Of a stretch of DNA of 47,211 nt, positions 36,317 to 47,174 are shown piece after piece (the first letter of the stretch is position 1; each line of letters starts with the position of its first letter). The DNA is from Octopus bimaculoides. Lineage: Eukaryota. The stretch is taken from assembly GCF_001194135.2 (NCBI RefSeq), contig NC_069001.1, positions 31,614,394 through 31,661,604 on the forward strand, in the 5' to 3' direction. A model generated the notes under the pieces. That model had not been told where the DNA came from. It saw only the letters and a list, made by a program, of their open reading frames with translations, and did not search any database. Made by a program: the position numbers and the translations under genes.

Positions 36317-36454
36317 GAATGCATGTATGTGTGTGTATACATATTTATATTCTTTACACAATAATACTTCTATATGCACACACCCAGAAACACATACATA
36401 TCTAATGAATATATATATGCATACGCACACATATATCATTTATGCATACACACA

Positions 36455-36488
<34 letters not shown>

Positions 36489-36687
36489 CACACATACATG
36501 CATATATATATTAGACACAAAAATCTATCAATATTTATATAATACAGAATTAGTACAAGAGATATACATACATATGGATACACATGTGTGTGCAATACAT
36601 AACATACATAATATAAATGTAATATATTTATGCACAACCTGTATAGTATGTGTGTGTATGTATGTGTATACATTATATATATGTGCT

Positions 36688-37015
36688 TAAGGGTTCAGTC
36701 CACAATAGTGTCTCCTATGGCCTCAGGTCAACCAGTACCCTGAGAGTGAATTTAATAGATGGAAACAGTACTGAAGCCCATCATATGTATATATGCATAC
36801 ATACACATACACACACACACATACACACATACATATACATACACACACGTGTCATGTACATATGTGCATGTTTTCCCCCCTCACTACCACATGGCAACTA
36901 GTGTTGGTTTGTTTACATCTCCCATAACTTAGCAGTCTGACAAAAGGACTCAATCGAATAAGCACCAGACTTGAAAAGAAAAGTAAGTACTGGGGCCGAT
37001 TCGTTCAACTAAGAC
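36688..37015 (+). mobile_element. SINE family A in pieces
   Basis: gggttcagtccac...gatggaaacagtactgaagccc and tgttggtttgtttacatctcccataacttagc...gtactggggccgattcg. Confidence 0.65.
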
Positions 37016-37109
37016 CCGTTTGATTTGTTACTTCTACAGGACTGAACTGCAAGGGTCAGAAGTGACAAACAGCAGTAACAACAACAATGGCAGAAATTTG
37101 AACTTTGCT

Positions 37110-37250
37110 TTCATCATCATCATCATCATCATCATCATTTAATATGTACTTTTTCACGCTTACATGAATCAGTCAGAATTACATTAAGGCAGATTTTCTA
37201 TGGCTAGATGCTCTTCCTGCTGCCAATCCTCACCTGTTTCCAAGCAAGCA
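37110..37250 (-). mobile_element. Family E-like 3' end
   Basis: (ATC)n then ttttctatggctagatgctcttcctgctgccaatcc. Confidence 0.65.
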
Positions 37251-37258
37251 AGCTAATA

Positions 37259-37685
37259 TCAGATTGGTGCAAAGGTAATGGCCAGTCTCTTTAGAAAACA
37301 GTTTCAGACAGTATTTTTTTTAATTGTGCTACTTGCAATGTTTTTAAGAATGTCACAATAATTAATTTATACATTTTTCTTTCAGATTCTGATTGTATTG
37401 GTCATAATCTTCTGCTGTATTCGCACCCATGTTCGTACCTTCTAAAGATCACATTAGACATGTCTTACTCAGAGATTCCTAAAGGTGTCAATGCAAGTAC
37501 AGCAGCAAAGTCCCTTCAGAGAGTTTATGGGGATGATGTAGTGAGTGAAAGGAGTTGCAGGAGATGGTTTCCTTGCTTCAGAAGTGGGGATCTGAGTTCG
37601 AAAGACAAGTCAAAGGAAGGTCATTCAAAGCAACTTGATTCCAAAAAGTTAGAAGCTGTTGTCACAGAAAATCCAACCACTACCT
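37259..37685 (+). pseudogene. Mariner transposon 5' end: left TIR plus frameshifted N-terminal HTH of the transposase
   Basis: TA|TCAGATTGGTGCAAAGGTAATGG resembles Hsmar1-type TIRs; ATG 37429 gives MFVPSKDHIRHVLL, then after a frameshift KGVNASTAAKSLQRVYGDDVVSERSCRRWFPCFRSGDLSSKDKSKEG..LDSKKLEAVVTENPTTT; no catalytic domain. Confidence 0.88.
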
Positions 37686-37687
37686 GT

Positions 37688-37935
37688 TCAACATCCAGCT
37701 TTCATGCAGACATGGCTTGGACAGTTTGACAGGAGCCAGCCAGGTAGAAGACTACACCAGGATACTGTGTCTGTTCTGGTATGGTTTTCTATGGCTGGAT
37801 GCCCTTCCTAACACCAACCACCCCACAAAGTGGACTGTGTGCTTTTTACAAGGCACCAGCACAGGTGAGGCCACTTTTGACATGGTTTTTACAGCTGGAT
37901 GCCCTTCCTAACATCAAGCATCCCGCAGAGTGGAC
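37688..37935 (-). mobile_element. Family E with an internal duplication
   Basis: ggttttctatggctggatgcccttcctaacacc and ggtttttacagctggatgcccttcctaacatc. Confidence 0.8.
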
Positions 37936-38009
37936 AGCAAAAAAAAAAAAGTAAGGCTGGGCACACACTGATCCCTTTCCCCAAAAGAGGGAGCTAGTTT
38001 TTACAGCCT

Positions 38010-38218
38010 TCATACACACAGGAAAAAGTGTAACAGAGAAGGAATAGGAATTGCTTCATTATAGCAATAGCCATCCACAAACTCTGAAATGCAGCCAGGA
38101 ACAAGAGCGATTGAGGAAGCTGCTATCAAAGCAGCAACAGACTCCTTAAGTTCTTTGGTTATTTTTCCAGCAGATTGAATGAGTGATTCAGGAAAGGAAA
38201 TGGGAAGCATTGAAGTGT
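38010..38218 (-). CDS. Candidate coding exon fragment of unknown product, 5' end lost in the gap
   Basis: Only open minus frame, 68 codons: TSMLPISFPESLIQSAGKITKELKESVAALIAASSIALVPGCISEFVDGYCYNEAIPIPSLLHFFLCV*; non-repetitive with a balanced composition; no family recognised. Confidence 0.25.
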
Positions 38219-39209
38219 NNNNNNNNNNNNNNNNNNNNNNNNNNNNNNNNNNNNNNNNNNNNNNNNNNNNNNNNNNNNNNNNNNNNNNNNNNNNNNNNNN
38301 NNNNNNNNNNNNNNNNNNNNNNNNNNNNNNNNNNNNNNNNNNNNNNNNNNNNNNNNNNNNNNNNNNNNNNNNNNNNNNNNNNNNNNNNNNNNNNNNNNNN
38401 NNNNNNNNNNNNNNNNNNNNNNNNNNNNNNNNNNNNNNNNNNNNNNNNNNNNNNNNNNNNNNNNNNNNNNNNNNNNNNNNNNNNNNNNNNNNNNNNNNNN
38501 NNNNNNNNNNNNNNNNNNNNNNNNNNNNNNNNNNNNNNNNNNNNNNNNNNNNNNNNNNNNNNNNNNNNNNNNNNNNNNNNNNNNNNNNNNNNNNNNNNNN
38601 NNNNNNNNNNNNNNNNNNNNNNNNNNNNNNNNNNNNNNNNNNNNNNNNNNNNNNNNNNNNNNNNNNNNNNNNNNNNNNNNNNNNNNNNNNNNNNNNNNNN
38701 NNNNNNNNNNNNNNNNNNNNNNNNNNNNNNNNNNNNNNNNNNNNNNNNNNNNNNNNNNNNNNNNNNNNNNNNNNNNNNNNNNNNNNNNNNNNNNNNNNNN
38801 NNNNNNNNNNNNNNNNNNNNNNNNNNNNNNNNNNNNNNNNNNNNNNNNNNNNNNNNNNNNNNNNNNNNNNNNNNNNNNNNNNNNNNNNNNNNNNNNNNNN
38901 NNNNNNNNNNNNNNNNNNNNNNNNNNNNNNNNNNNNNNNNNNNNNNNNNNNNNNNNNNNNNNNNNNNNNNNNNNNNNNNNNNNNNNNNNNNNNNNNNNNN
39001 NNNNNNNNNNNNNNNNNNNNNNNNNNNNNNNNNNNNNNNNNNNNNNNNNNNNNNNNNNNNNNNNNNNNNNNNNNNNNNNNNNNNNNNNNNNNNNNNNNNN
39101 NNNNNNNNNNNNNNNNNNNNNNNNNNNNNNNNNNNNNNNNNNNNNNNNNNNNNNNNNNNNNNNNNNNNNNNNNNNNNNNNNNNNNNNNNNNNNNNNNNNN
39201 NNNNNNNNN
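38219..39209. other. Assembly gap (991 N)
   Basis: N-run. Confidence 1.
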
Positions 39210-39266
<57 letters not shown>

Positions 39267-39555
39267 GTGAAGTGAAGGTGCATGGCTCAATTGTTAGAGA
39301 ATCAGGCTCACAATCATAAGGTAGTAAGTTCAATTTTCAAACCGGGCTGTGTGTTACATTCTTGAGCAAGGCACTTTATTTCATGTTGCTCCAGTTAACT
39401 CAGCTGTAGAAATGAATTGCGATGTCACTGGTGCCATGCTGTATCATGGCCTTTGCTTTTCCCTTGGATAACATCAGTGGTGTGAAGAGGGTAGGCTGGT
39501 ATGCATGGGTGACTGTTGGACTTCCATAAATAACCTTGCCAAAAGGAGGTCTCTA
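39267..39555 (+). mobile_element. SINE family D
   Basis: gtgaaggtgcatggctcaattgttagag...cttgagcaaggcactttatttc...cttccataaataaccttgcc. Confidence 0.9.
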
Positions 39556-39599
39556 TACATATATATATGCACATACATATATATTTACCAACACATATA

Positions 39600-39805
39600 A
39601 AGTAATCCCTCAACTATCGCAGGTATTACGTTCCAAAAACCCCCGCGATAGTAGAAACAGTACTGTACTGTATATTTTTCTTATTATTTTTATAATTTGT
39701 ATATATTCATTTTATTATAAACGCAAAACAACACCACGAAGGAATCGACCTAAGCTTAAATAATAAACCACAATCGGTGAACCGCTATATGGCAAGGAAT
39801 TACTG
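39600..39805 (+). mobile_element. Tigger/pogo-like MITE
   Basis: TA|(a)AGTAATCCCTC...AAGGAATTACTG|TA; homologous in reverse to 43986-44211. Confidence 0.82.
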
Positions 39806-39919
39806 TATACATATATTTACATACGCATATATACATATACACATACATACAATAGAAACAAACTGACATAAGAGCACATAAATAGATACACACATATGCC
39901 CAACACAAATGAGAACCTA

Positions 39920-40350
39920 TATGATAGTAAAACATGGGCACGGAATGTAGAGGACGTTTGAAGGTTGGAGAGGAACAAGGCAAGCATGCAGTGCTAGATG
40001 TGTAATGGCATGTTATGTTAGTAGTTTTATATGAGACAACAGAACACAAATGAGATGAAAGACAAAAAAAAAAAATACAAGGATATTACAGCAAATATAT
40101 GCAGTGTGCAAGAGAGGAAGAAGAAGAATGAGCTGGCAGGGACATGTGATGCAAATGGAAGATGGCAGGTTGTAAAAGAAGTACCAAGGAAGAATTGAAG
40201 TGGAAGAGTAAGGCCAGGGAAGGATGATCAAAGGATGCTGAATATTATGAAACAGATGAGGAAGGACTGCAACGAGAGGTGTTGCGCTGGAGAAGATCCA
40301 TCCACGTCATGCAAAAATGGGAAAATGTGCACAATGATGATGATGATGAA
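39920..40350 (+). mobile_element. RTE-clade LINE 3' relic
   Basis: DSKTWARNVEDV*RLERNKASMQC*MCN and RRRMSWQGHVMQMEDG match the RTE YGSETW..RLERNE..RRLRWYGHV motifs; ends in (GAT)n. Confidence 0.8.
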
Positions 40351-41150
40351 AATGATACACACACATAAAAAGCATCTTTATATGTACATGTACACACAGA
40401 CATACATACTGCAATAATATTTCATTTCAACATGGATCCAATCTTTTCTCATGTATCATTTAGCTTACCAGACTAGCTGATTGTCAGCCATTACTCATTT
40501 TCTCTCTCTCTCTCTCTCTACCTCCCTCTTTCACTTTCTCACTTTCTCTGTTAATTTATCTAAGCTACTTCTTTTAGTAATAGTTTTCTTTCACTCTCTT
40601 CCATCTCACTCAACAGAGTCACTGCTTTCTCTTTCCAAAGACACAACTAAAGAAATCAGTAAACAAAAAATAAAGACATGACTTAGCATTTTACATTTAC
40701 ACACACACACATACACTCTCTCTCTCTCTCTCACTTCTTTCTTTTACTAGTTTTACTCAGTAGTCAATGCAAAATGCTAGTGGAGAAGGACAATGTTAAG
40801 GATGAAGAATGAATGGCAAAGGAAGTGGTTCTAAGTACTAGAAGAGATAACTGACGAAATGAAAAAGAGTCAAATACGTTTTTCTGCTCCCAAGGTAATT
40901 GATGAAGGAATTAGTGAGAAAGAGGTGAAGGGTGGAGAGGAAGGCATGGCAGGAGCAAAGTGACCAAGGACATACATATACACATATACATACATACACA
41001 TATACATATATAGTAAGAGGAAGGATATAATATCCAGGCAGATATCAAATTTCTCAGAGTAAAATGCCAAGGCAGGTTCCTTCCAATGGTGCATTTTTTG
41101 GTAAAATACCTTCATCTCTCACCTGATGTTCCAGTGTAAAGAAAAACATT

Positions 41151-41334
41151 AAAATGAGGAGAATGAAGAATTTGAAGATTCAAACTTTTTGTTTATTTCC
41201 AGTTAGAAAAGTCTGACACATGTTTCGGTCGCACCAATATACAATTAGTGCAATCGAAACACATGTCGGATTTTTATTCTAACTGGAAATAACTGAAAAG
41301 TTTGACTGTTCAAATTCTTCATTCTCCTCATTTT
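41151..41334. mobile_element. 184-bp near-perfect palindrome (foldback/MITE-like)
   Basis: 26-bp perfect terminal stem aaaatgaggagaatgaagaatttgaa/ttcaaattcttcattctcctcatttt; pairing continues with mismatches to a loop of about 5 nt near 41240. Confidence 0.85.
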
Positions 41335-41365
41335 GATATATATATATAGATATATATATATACTT

Positions 41366-41535
41366 AGGCACAGGAGTGGCTGTGTGGTAAGAAGCTTGCT
41401 TCCCAACCACATGGTTCCAGGTTCAGTCTTGCTGCATGGCACCTTGGTCAAGTATCTTCTACTATAGCCTCAGGCTGATCAAAGCCTTGTGAGTGGATTT
41501 GGTAGACGGAAACTGAAAGAAGCCCATTGTATATA
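41366..41535 (+). mobile_element. SINE family A head and core
   Basis: aggcacaggagtggctgtgtggtaagaagcttgcttcccaacc...ggaaactgaaagaagccc. Confidence 0.92.
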
Positions 41536-41581
41536 TGTCAAGTGGTGATGGGTGGACAAACATAGAAACAAAGACACACAC

Positions 41582-41621
<40 letters not shown>

Positions 41622-41752
41622 GATGGGCCTATCAGTTTCCATCTATGAAATCCACTCACAGGGCTTTGGTTGGGCCGAAGCTATAGTAGAAGACAACTGA
41701 CCAAGGTGCCAAGCAGCGGAGCTGAACTCGGAACTGTATGGTTTGGAACGTT
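41622..41752 (-). mobile_element. SINE family A core, inverted relative to 41366-41535
   Basis: tcagtttccatctatgaaatccactcacagggctttgg...ccaaggtgcc. Confidence 0.85.
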
Positions 41753-42089
41753 CTGAAACAAACACACACACACACACACACACTGGATTTTTACACTGCT
41801 TCCGCCTACGCAATTCTATGCACCAGGCATTGCTCAGCTTGTGTATATATGTGTTGTATTGAATATGCATATATATATGTGCGTGTGTGTATACATGTAT
41901 ATATATGTGTGTCACATGTATATTAAGCACATATATACACACACAAACACACACATTTATAAGAACCAAACGGTAAATGGTGCAGTAAAGCAACAAAAAA
42001 ATCACAGACAGCTCTCAAAGATTACTTCTGCAATGAACCTAACCAATGATTTCAAAACAACAAAAAGGAAAAAAAATTCTTCAACCGAT

Positions 42090-42510
42090 ACCACCACCAC
42101 AACCACAACTACTATTTTAACTGCAGCCAGATGTAGCACCATAATACTACCACTACCACCTTTACTATTATTACTATCACGACCAACACTACTACTACAT
42201 CCAATACTACTGCTGCTTCTACTACTACTACTACTATTACTATTACTACCACCACTACTACCATCATCACTACTACCACCACTAACATTACTACTAGTAC
42301 TACTACTACAACTACAGTGATTACTACAACCACCATCAGCATTACTACTACTACTACTACCATCACTACTACTACTATTACTACCACCACCACCATTATC
42401 ACTACTACTATTACAATTACTACAACCATCACCAGCATTACTACTACTACCACCACCACCATCAGTACCACTACTACTGCTGCTGCTGCTACTGGTGTTA
42501 CTACTATGGC
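42090..42510. repeat. Degenerate (ACC)/(ACT) trinucleotide array
   Basis: Direct reading; the reverse-complement counterpart of the 17213-17830 type. Confidence 0.9.
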
Positions 42511-42689
42511 CATGAATATTGCTAGAAATGTACAGGTTTGGAAATAATTTTATTTTGGTTTTTGTTTGTTCAGTGAATCTAGAGAAGAAAAAAAAACGAG
42601 AGCAAAAAGACTAATGAATGAGACTAAATGTGAAGTGTGATTGACAAGCAATGCCCAGTCTGTGACCTTAGTGTCTGAGAGGATATTTA

Positions 42690-43290
42690 GAGGGGGGGGT
42701 ATGAGAGAGGAGGAGGAAGGTGTGAGAGAGGAGGAGGAGGAAGGTGTGAGAGGAGGAGGAGGAGGAGGAGGAAGGTGTGAGAGAAGAGGAGGAAGAGAGA
42801 GTAAGAAAGAGGGACTGAGATAGGTAGAGGAAGTGAGAGGAAGATAGAGAGGAGGAAGAGAGGGAGAGATGGAGAGGTGTGAGAGAGAAAGGGGAGTAAG
42901 AGAGGAGGAGGAAGAGGGAGTAAGAAAGAGGGACTGAGATAGGTGGAAAGAAGGCAGAGGAAGATAGAGAGGAGGGAGAGAGAAGGGGGAGGAAGAGAGA
43001 AATGGAGGGAAGAGAGAGTAAGAAAGAGGGACATTGGTAGGAGGAGAGAAGGCAGAGGAAGATAGAGGAAGGAGAGATGGAGGAGGTATGAGAGTGAAGG
43101 GTGGAGTGAGAGAAGAGGAGGAGAAAGAAATGGAGGCAAGATTGACAGAGATAAAAGAGAGAAGGCAGAGGGAGTGAGAGAGGAAGAGAAACTAAGAAAG
43201 ATAGGATGATAGTGAGTAGAGGAAAGAGACAAACAGACAGACAGAGAGGGAGAATAGAGACAGAGAGAGAGAGAGAGAGAGAGACCATTG
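42690..43290. repeat. Polypurine GA-rich tract with higher-order duplications of about 100-120 bp
   Basis: gtaagaaagagggac at about 42801, 42920 and 43018. Confidence 0.88.
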
Positions 43291-43671
43291 AGGAAACCTA
43301 ATGACATGTACAGACAAATGAAAGAGTCCCAATGTGGTTGCTTGAACTGCTAGAAATAGAAGCCAAAATCTCCCACAACTTACACCTACTGTTTGTATGT
43401 AAAACAAAAAAAAACAGGCAGACAGAGAATAATTGCTGCAGTTGCTTTGAATTTGCTTCAGAAAGAGGTCTATGCTTGTGATGGTTCATTAGGATGGGGT
43501 GCTAGCAATGTGGTCTGGGTGTCAAGGGGGCAGCAGCCCCCAAAAAGTTTGGAACCGCTGCTTTACACCACCAGAAGGATCAGTCTTAACACTTAACGCT
43601 GCAGGGTGTGGGTCTTCTTGAGTTTGGCCAGGCACCAGGTTTTTCGGGTCTTTGTCGTCTCACATGAAAGT

Positions 43672-43812
43672 TTCAACTGAATCTCCCTGAGAACTATGTT
43701 AAAGGTACACGTGTCTGTGGAGTGCTCAGCCACTTGCACGTTAATTTCATGAGCAGGTTGTTCTGTTGATCAGATCAACCGAAGCCCTCATTCTCACAAC
43801 CAATGGAGTGCC
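43672..43812 (+). mobile_element. Family C tail
   Basis: ctgaatctccctgagaactatgttaaaggtacacgtgtctgtggagtgctcagccacttgcacg. Confidence 0.88.
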
Positions 43813-43864
43813 AGTTTACAGGAGTTTACCATATTTTTCAGTGCCAAGGACACAATTCTCACCC

Positions 43865-44470
43865 CACAGAATATCATCATCACTATTATCAACATTTAGT
43901 GCCCATATTCCATGCTGGAATGGGTTGCAAAGTCTGACAGGATCCAATTGGTCAGAGGACTGACAAGCGCCAATGCCTATTTTTACAGTAATCCCTCACC
44001 ATATCGTGGTGCACCTATCACGGTTTATTACTTAAGCTTACATTAATTCCTCGATGGTGTTGTTTTGCATTTGCATTCATAATAAAATAAATATATACAA
44101 ATTATAAAAATAATTCTAAAAAAATGGTACAGTACTGTTTCTACTTCGTGGATTTTCACCTACCGTGTGGAGCTTTGGAACATAACGCCCACAATAGTCA
44201 GGGGGTTACTGTATGTGGTTTCTACAGTCGGACGCCCTTCCTGTCACCAACCATTCTACAGAGTGTACTGGGTACTTTTTCATGACACTGGTACCAGCTA
44301 AGTCATCAAGACGTTTGTAAAACAAGACCCCTTGATTGAGATGGGGGTACAGTATTGAGGGAGGTGGATGTGTGCCATGTGTTGAGATGAGACATGAATT
44401 TAATAGAGAGACTGGAACAGTTGTCTTGCTGTAGAGGACATAGATGTCTACCCAAGCTGAGAAAGGAGAC
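43865..44470 (-). mobile_element. Family E copy split by a MITE insertion
   Basis: 43865-43985 (atcatcatc...ccatgctggaatgggttg) continues at 44212 (gtggtttctacagtcggacgcccttcc). Confidence 0.75.
43986..44211 (-). mobile_element. Tigger/pogo-like MITE
   Basis: TA|CAGTAATCCCTCACC...GGGGGTTACTG|TA. Confidence 0.88.
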
Positions 44471-45141
44471 GGCATTGTGACTCTGATGCTAAGAAATACA
44501 GTAACTTCATTATTGTCTGGGTGTTTGTAACCTTAAGTGAACAAGAGACAGATCTAAATTTAAGTGGTCATCACTTTTATGCAGCTTCTGTATGGCACAT
44601 GCATTATTACTCACAGTTTTGTCATATCTTGTGGTTGTTATTATTGTCATTGTTAGCCCAAAGTCAGTGAGGTAAGTAGGTAGTGAGTAGGTGAGTAGAT
44701 AGACAGGTAGGTAGGTAGGTAGGTAGATAGACTGACAGGTAGCTAGGTAGATTAACAGGTGGAAAGAAAGATTGGTGGATCAATTGATAGATCACCAGAC
44801 AGATAGAGGGGTAGATATAAAAATACACAGAGAGAGACAGATATAATGGTAAACACACAAGATGGACGCATGGATGGGTAAGTGGGTGGATAACATAATT
44901 AAAGTCAGACAGTCAAATTAAACAGTCAAACAAACATGAAGACATGCTGACAGAGAAAGACAATTAAAAAGAGAAGAAGAGGGAAAAAAAAAGATTGCTG
45001 AAAATTGTGTCTGTAGTGATTATTGTTGTATTTAAACAGATTATACCAGAAACAGATTATTAAACAGCATTAACAGGCATACAGACAGTTAGACTGACAG
45101 ACAGAATTAACTATGATGGGTGTGTATGAGAGATAGATAGA

Positions 45142-45203
<62 letters not shown>

Positions 45204-45492
45204 CAGACAAAATATAATTCTTTCTATAGAGATTAATATAATCAGAAGTGATAATGATGAGAGGAACAGATATTTATTGTGATGAGAAATGTGTTGTTGT
45301 AAGAGACAAACAGACAAACAGGAATGGTGTAAACCATTCTTCCTACAACACTCCAACTGCCCCTCACACACCTCCTGGCCACTGCTCCACCCCCATATCG
45401 TCATACAATGAGGTCGTTAGTTGTGAAGATTCATATTTGCTCCGTTTCTCATTTTCAATTTTGTTAGTCTCCTGTCGAACAGAATATTTACC

Positions 45493-46002
45493 NNNNNNNN
45501 NNNNNNNNNNNNNNNNNNNNNNNNNNNNNNNNNNNNNNNNNNNNNNNNNNNNNNNNNNNNNNNNNNNNNNNNNNNNNNNNNNNNNNNNNNNNNNNNNNNN
45601 NNNNNNNNNNNNNNNNNNNNNNNNNNNNNNNNNNNNNNNNNNNNNNNNNNNNNNNNNNNNNNNNNNNNNNNNNNNNNNNNNNNNNNNNNNNNNNNNNNNN
45701 NNNNNNNNNNNNNNNNNNNNNNNNNNNNNNNNNNNNNNNNNNNNNNNNNNNNNNNNNNNNNNNNNNNNNNNNNNNNNNNNNNNNNNNNNNNNNNNNNNNN
45801 NNNNNNNNNNNNNNNNNNNNNNNNNNNNNNNNNNNNNNNNNNNNNNNNNNNNNNNNNNNNNNNNNNNNNNNNNNNNNNNNNNNNNNNNNNNNNNNNNNNN
45901 NNNNNNNNNNNNNNNNNNNNNNNNNNNNNNNNNNNNNNNNNNNNNNNNNNNNNNNNNNNNNNNNNNNNNNNNNNNNNNNNNNNNNNNNNNNNNNNNNNNN
46001 NN
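45493..46002. other. Assembly gap (510 N)
   Basis: N-run. Confidence 1.
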
Positions 46003-46159
46003 GGAGGAGGAGGCGGAGGAGGAAGATGAAGAGGAGGAGGAAGATGAAGAGGAGGAGGAAGATGAAGATATGTGGAGTAGTTGCTAGGAAACACAAGCCT
46101 TCAAATGAACTGTGAAGCCTGTTAATTGGAGGAAGTGTATTCAAATAGATCCATGTACA

Positions 46160-46625
46160 CTCAACAGGGTATTACACATGTAGCTGTCTGACAGATGTTG
46201 CCCTCTGGCATACGTATCAGCCTATAACACATGTAGTCCTCTCTGACATATGTGGGTCTCTTTGACATGAATAGCCCTATATGGCACAGGTAGCCCTCTT
46301 GACACATGCAGATCTCTATGATATGTGTAGCTCTCTGACACATGCAGCCCCCTTATCACATGTAGCTCTCTTATCACACGTAACCCTCTTATCACATGTA
46401 GCCCTCTTATCACACATGCTGCCTCCTATAACATATGTAGCCCTCGTGGCATGTGTAGCCCTCTATGACACATGCAGCCCTCTTGTGACACATGTAGACC
46501 ACTATGACACATGCAGCCCTCAGACCTCTATGACACATGCATCCCTCTCGTGACACATGTAGACCTCTATGACACATGCAGCCCTCTTGTGACACGTGTA
46601 GCTCTCTTGTGACCTTTATGACACA
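46160..46625. repeat. Minisatellite of about 18-21 bp (consensus near gacacatgtagccctctat), over 20 degenerate copies
   Basis: Direct reading. Confidence 0.9.
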
Positions 46626-47174
46626 TTCAACTTTCTACATGACATTTAAGGCTCTCTATATACAAACAGACAGGTAGTCATTGGTCTGACACGAGGCTAA
46701 GCAACAACAAGAACAACATAAAAAAAAAAGACACATTTAACTTTATATGTATATATATATGTTGTCCTACATAGGCAACAAAATGTTAGGACAGGCATGG
46801 CTGGAAATAAAAGATTCATTGCGGGCTATTTGATTTTTGCCAAATTCTGACAGCTAAACAACAACAACAACAACAGCAATAAACATAAATGACTTTCACC
46901 ATTGATATTTATTATACCTCATTCCTATCACATCACTCGTTATCGTTAATGACTAATGGCAAAGTGTAGGTTATAAAGACCAAAGTAATTTTTGGTGTAT
47001 TAACATACCTTTTTTTTTTTTGGTGTGTTTTTTGTGAAAAAAAATTATATAAGAAACAATGAAACGAAGTAATGTAATAATGCTTAACATATAAGTAATA
47101 AAATATCTATTATAACACAAGATTGTATTTCATTGACTAGAGAACTGGGTGTATATATATGTGTGTTTATGAAG

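Noticed and set aside
43500-43560. hAT-like terminus (aaaagtttggaaccgctg)
   Set aside because: Only one end found and no 8-bp TSD, so too weak to list as a feature
45330-45420. Pro-rich peptide NGVNHSSYNTPTAPHTPPGHCSTP
   Set aside because: No polypyrimidine acceptor; another frame (LLHPHIV) looks more like a decayed LINE tail
6624-46144. Long ORFs of 160-426 aa dominated by X (e.g. 6624..7778, 8537..9694, 19356..20210, 38010..39290, 45248..46087)
   Set aside because: They are open only because they run through N-gaps
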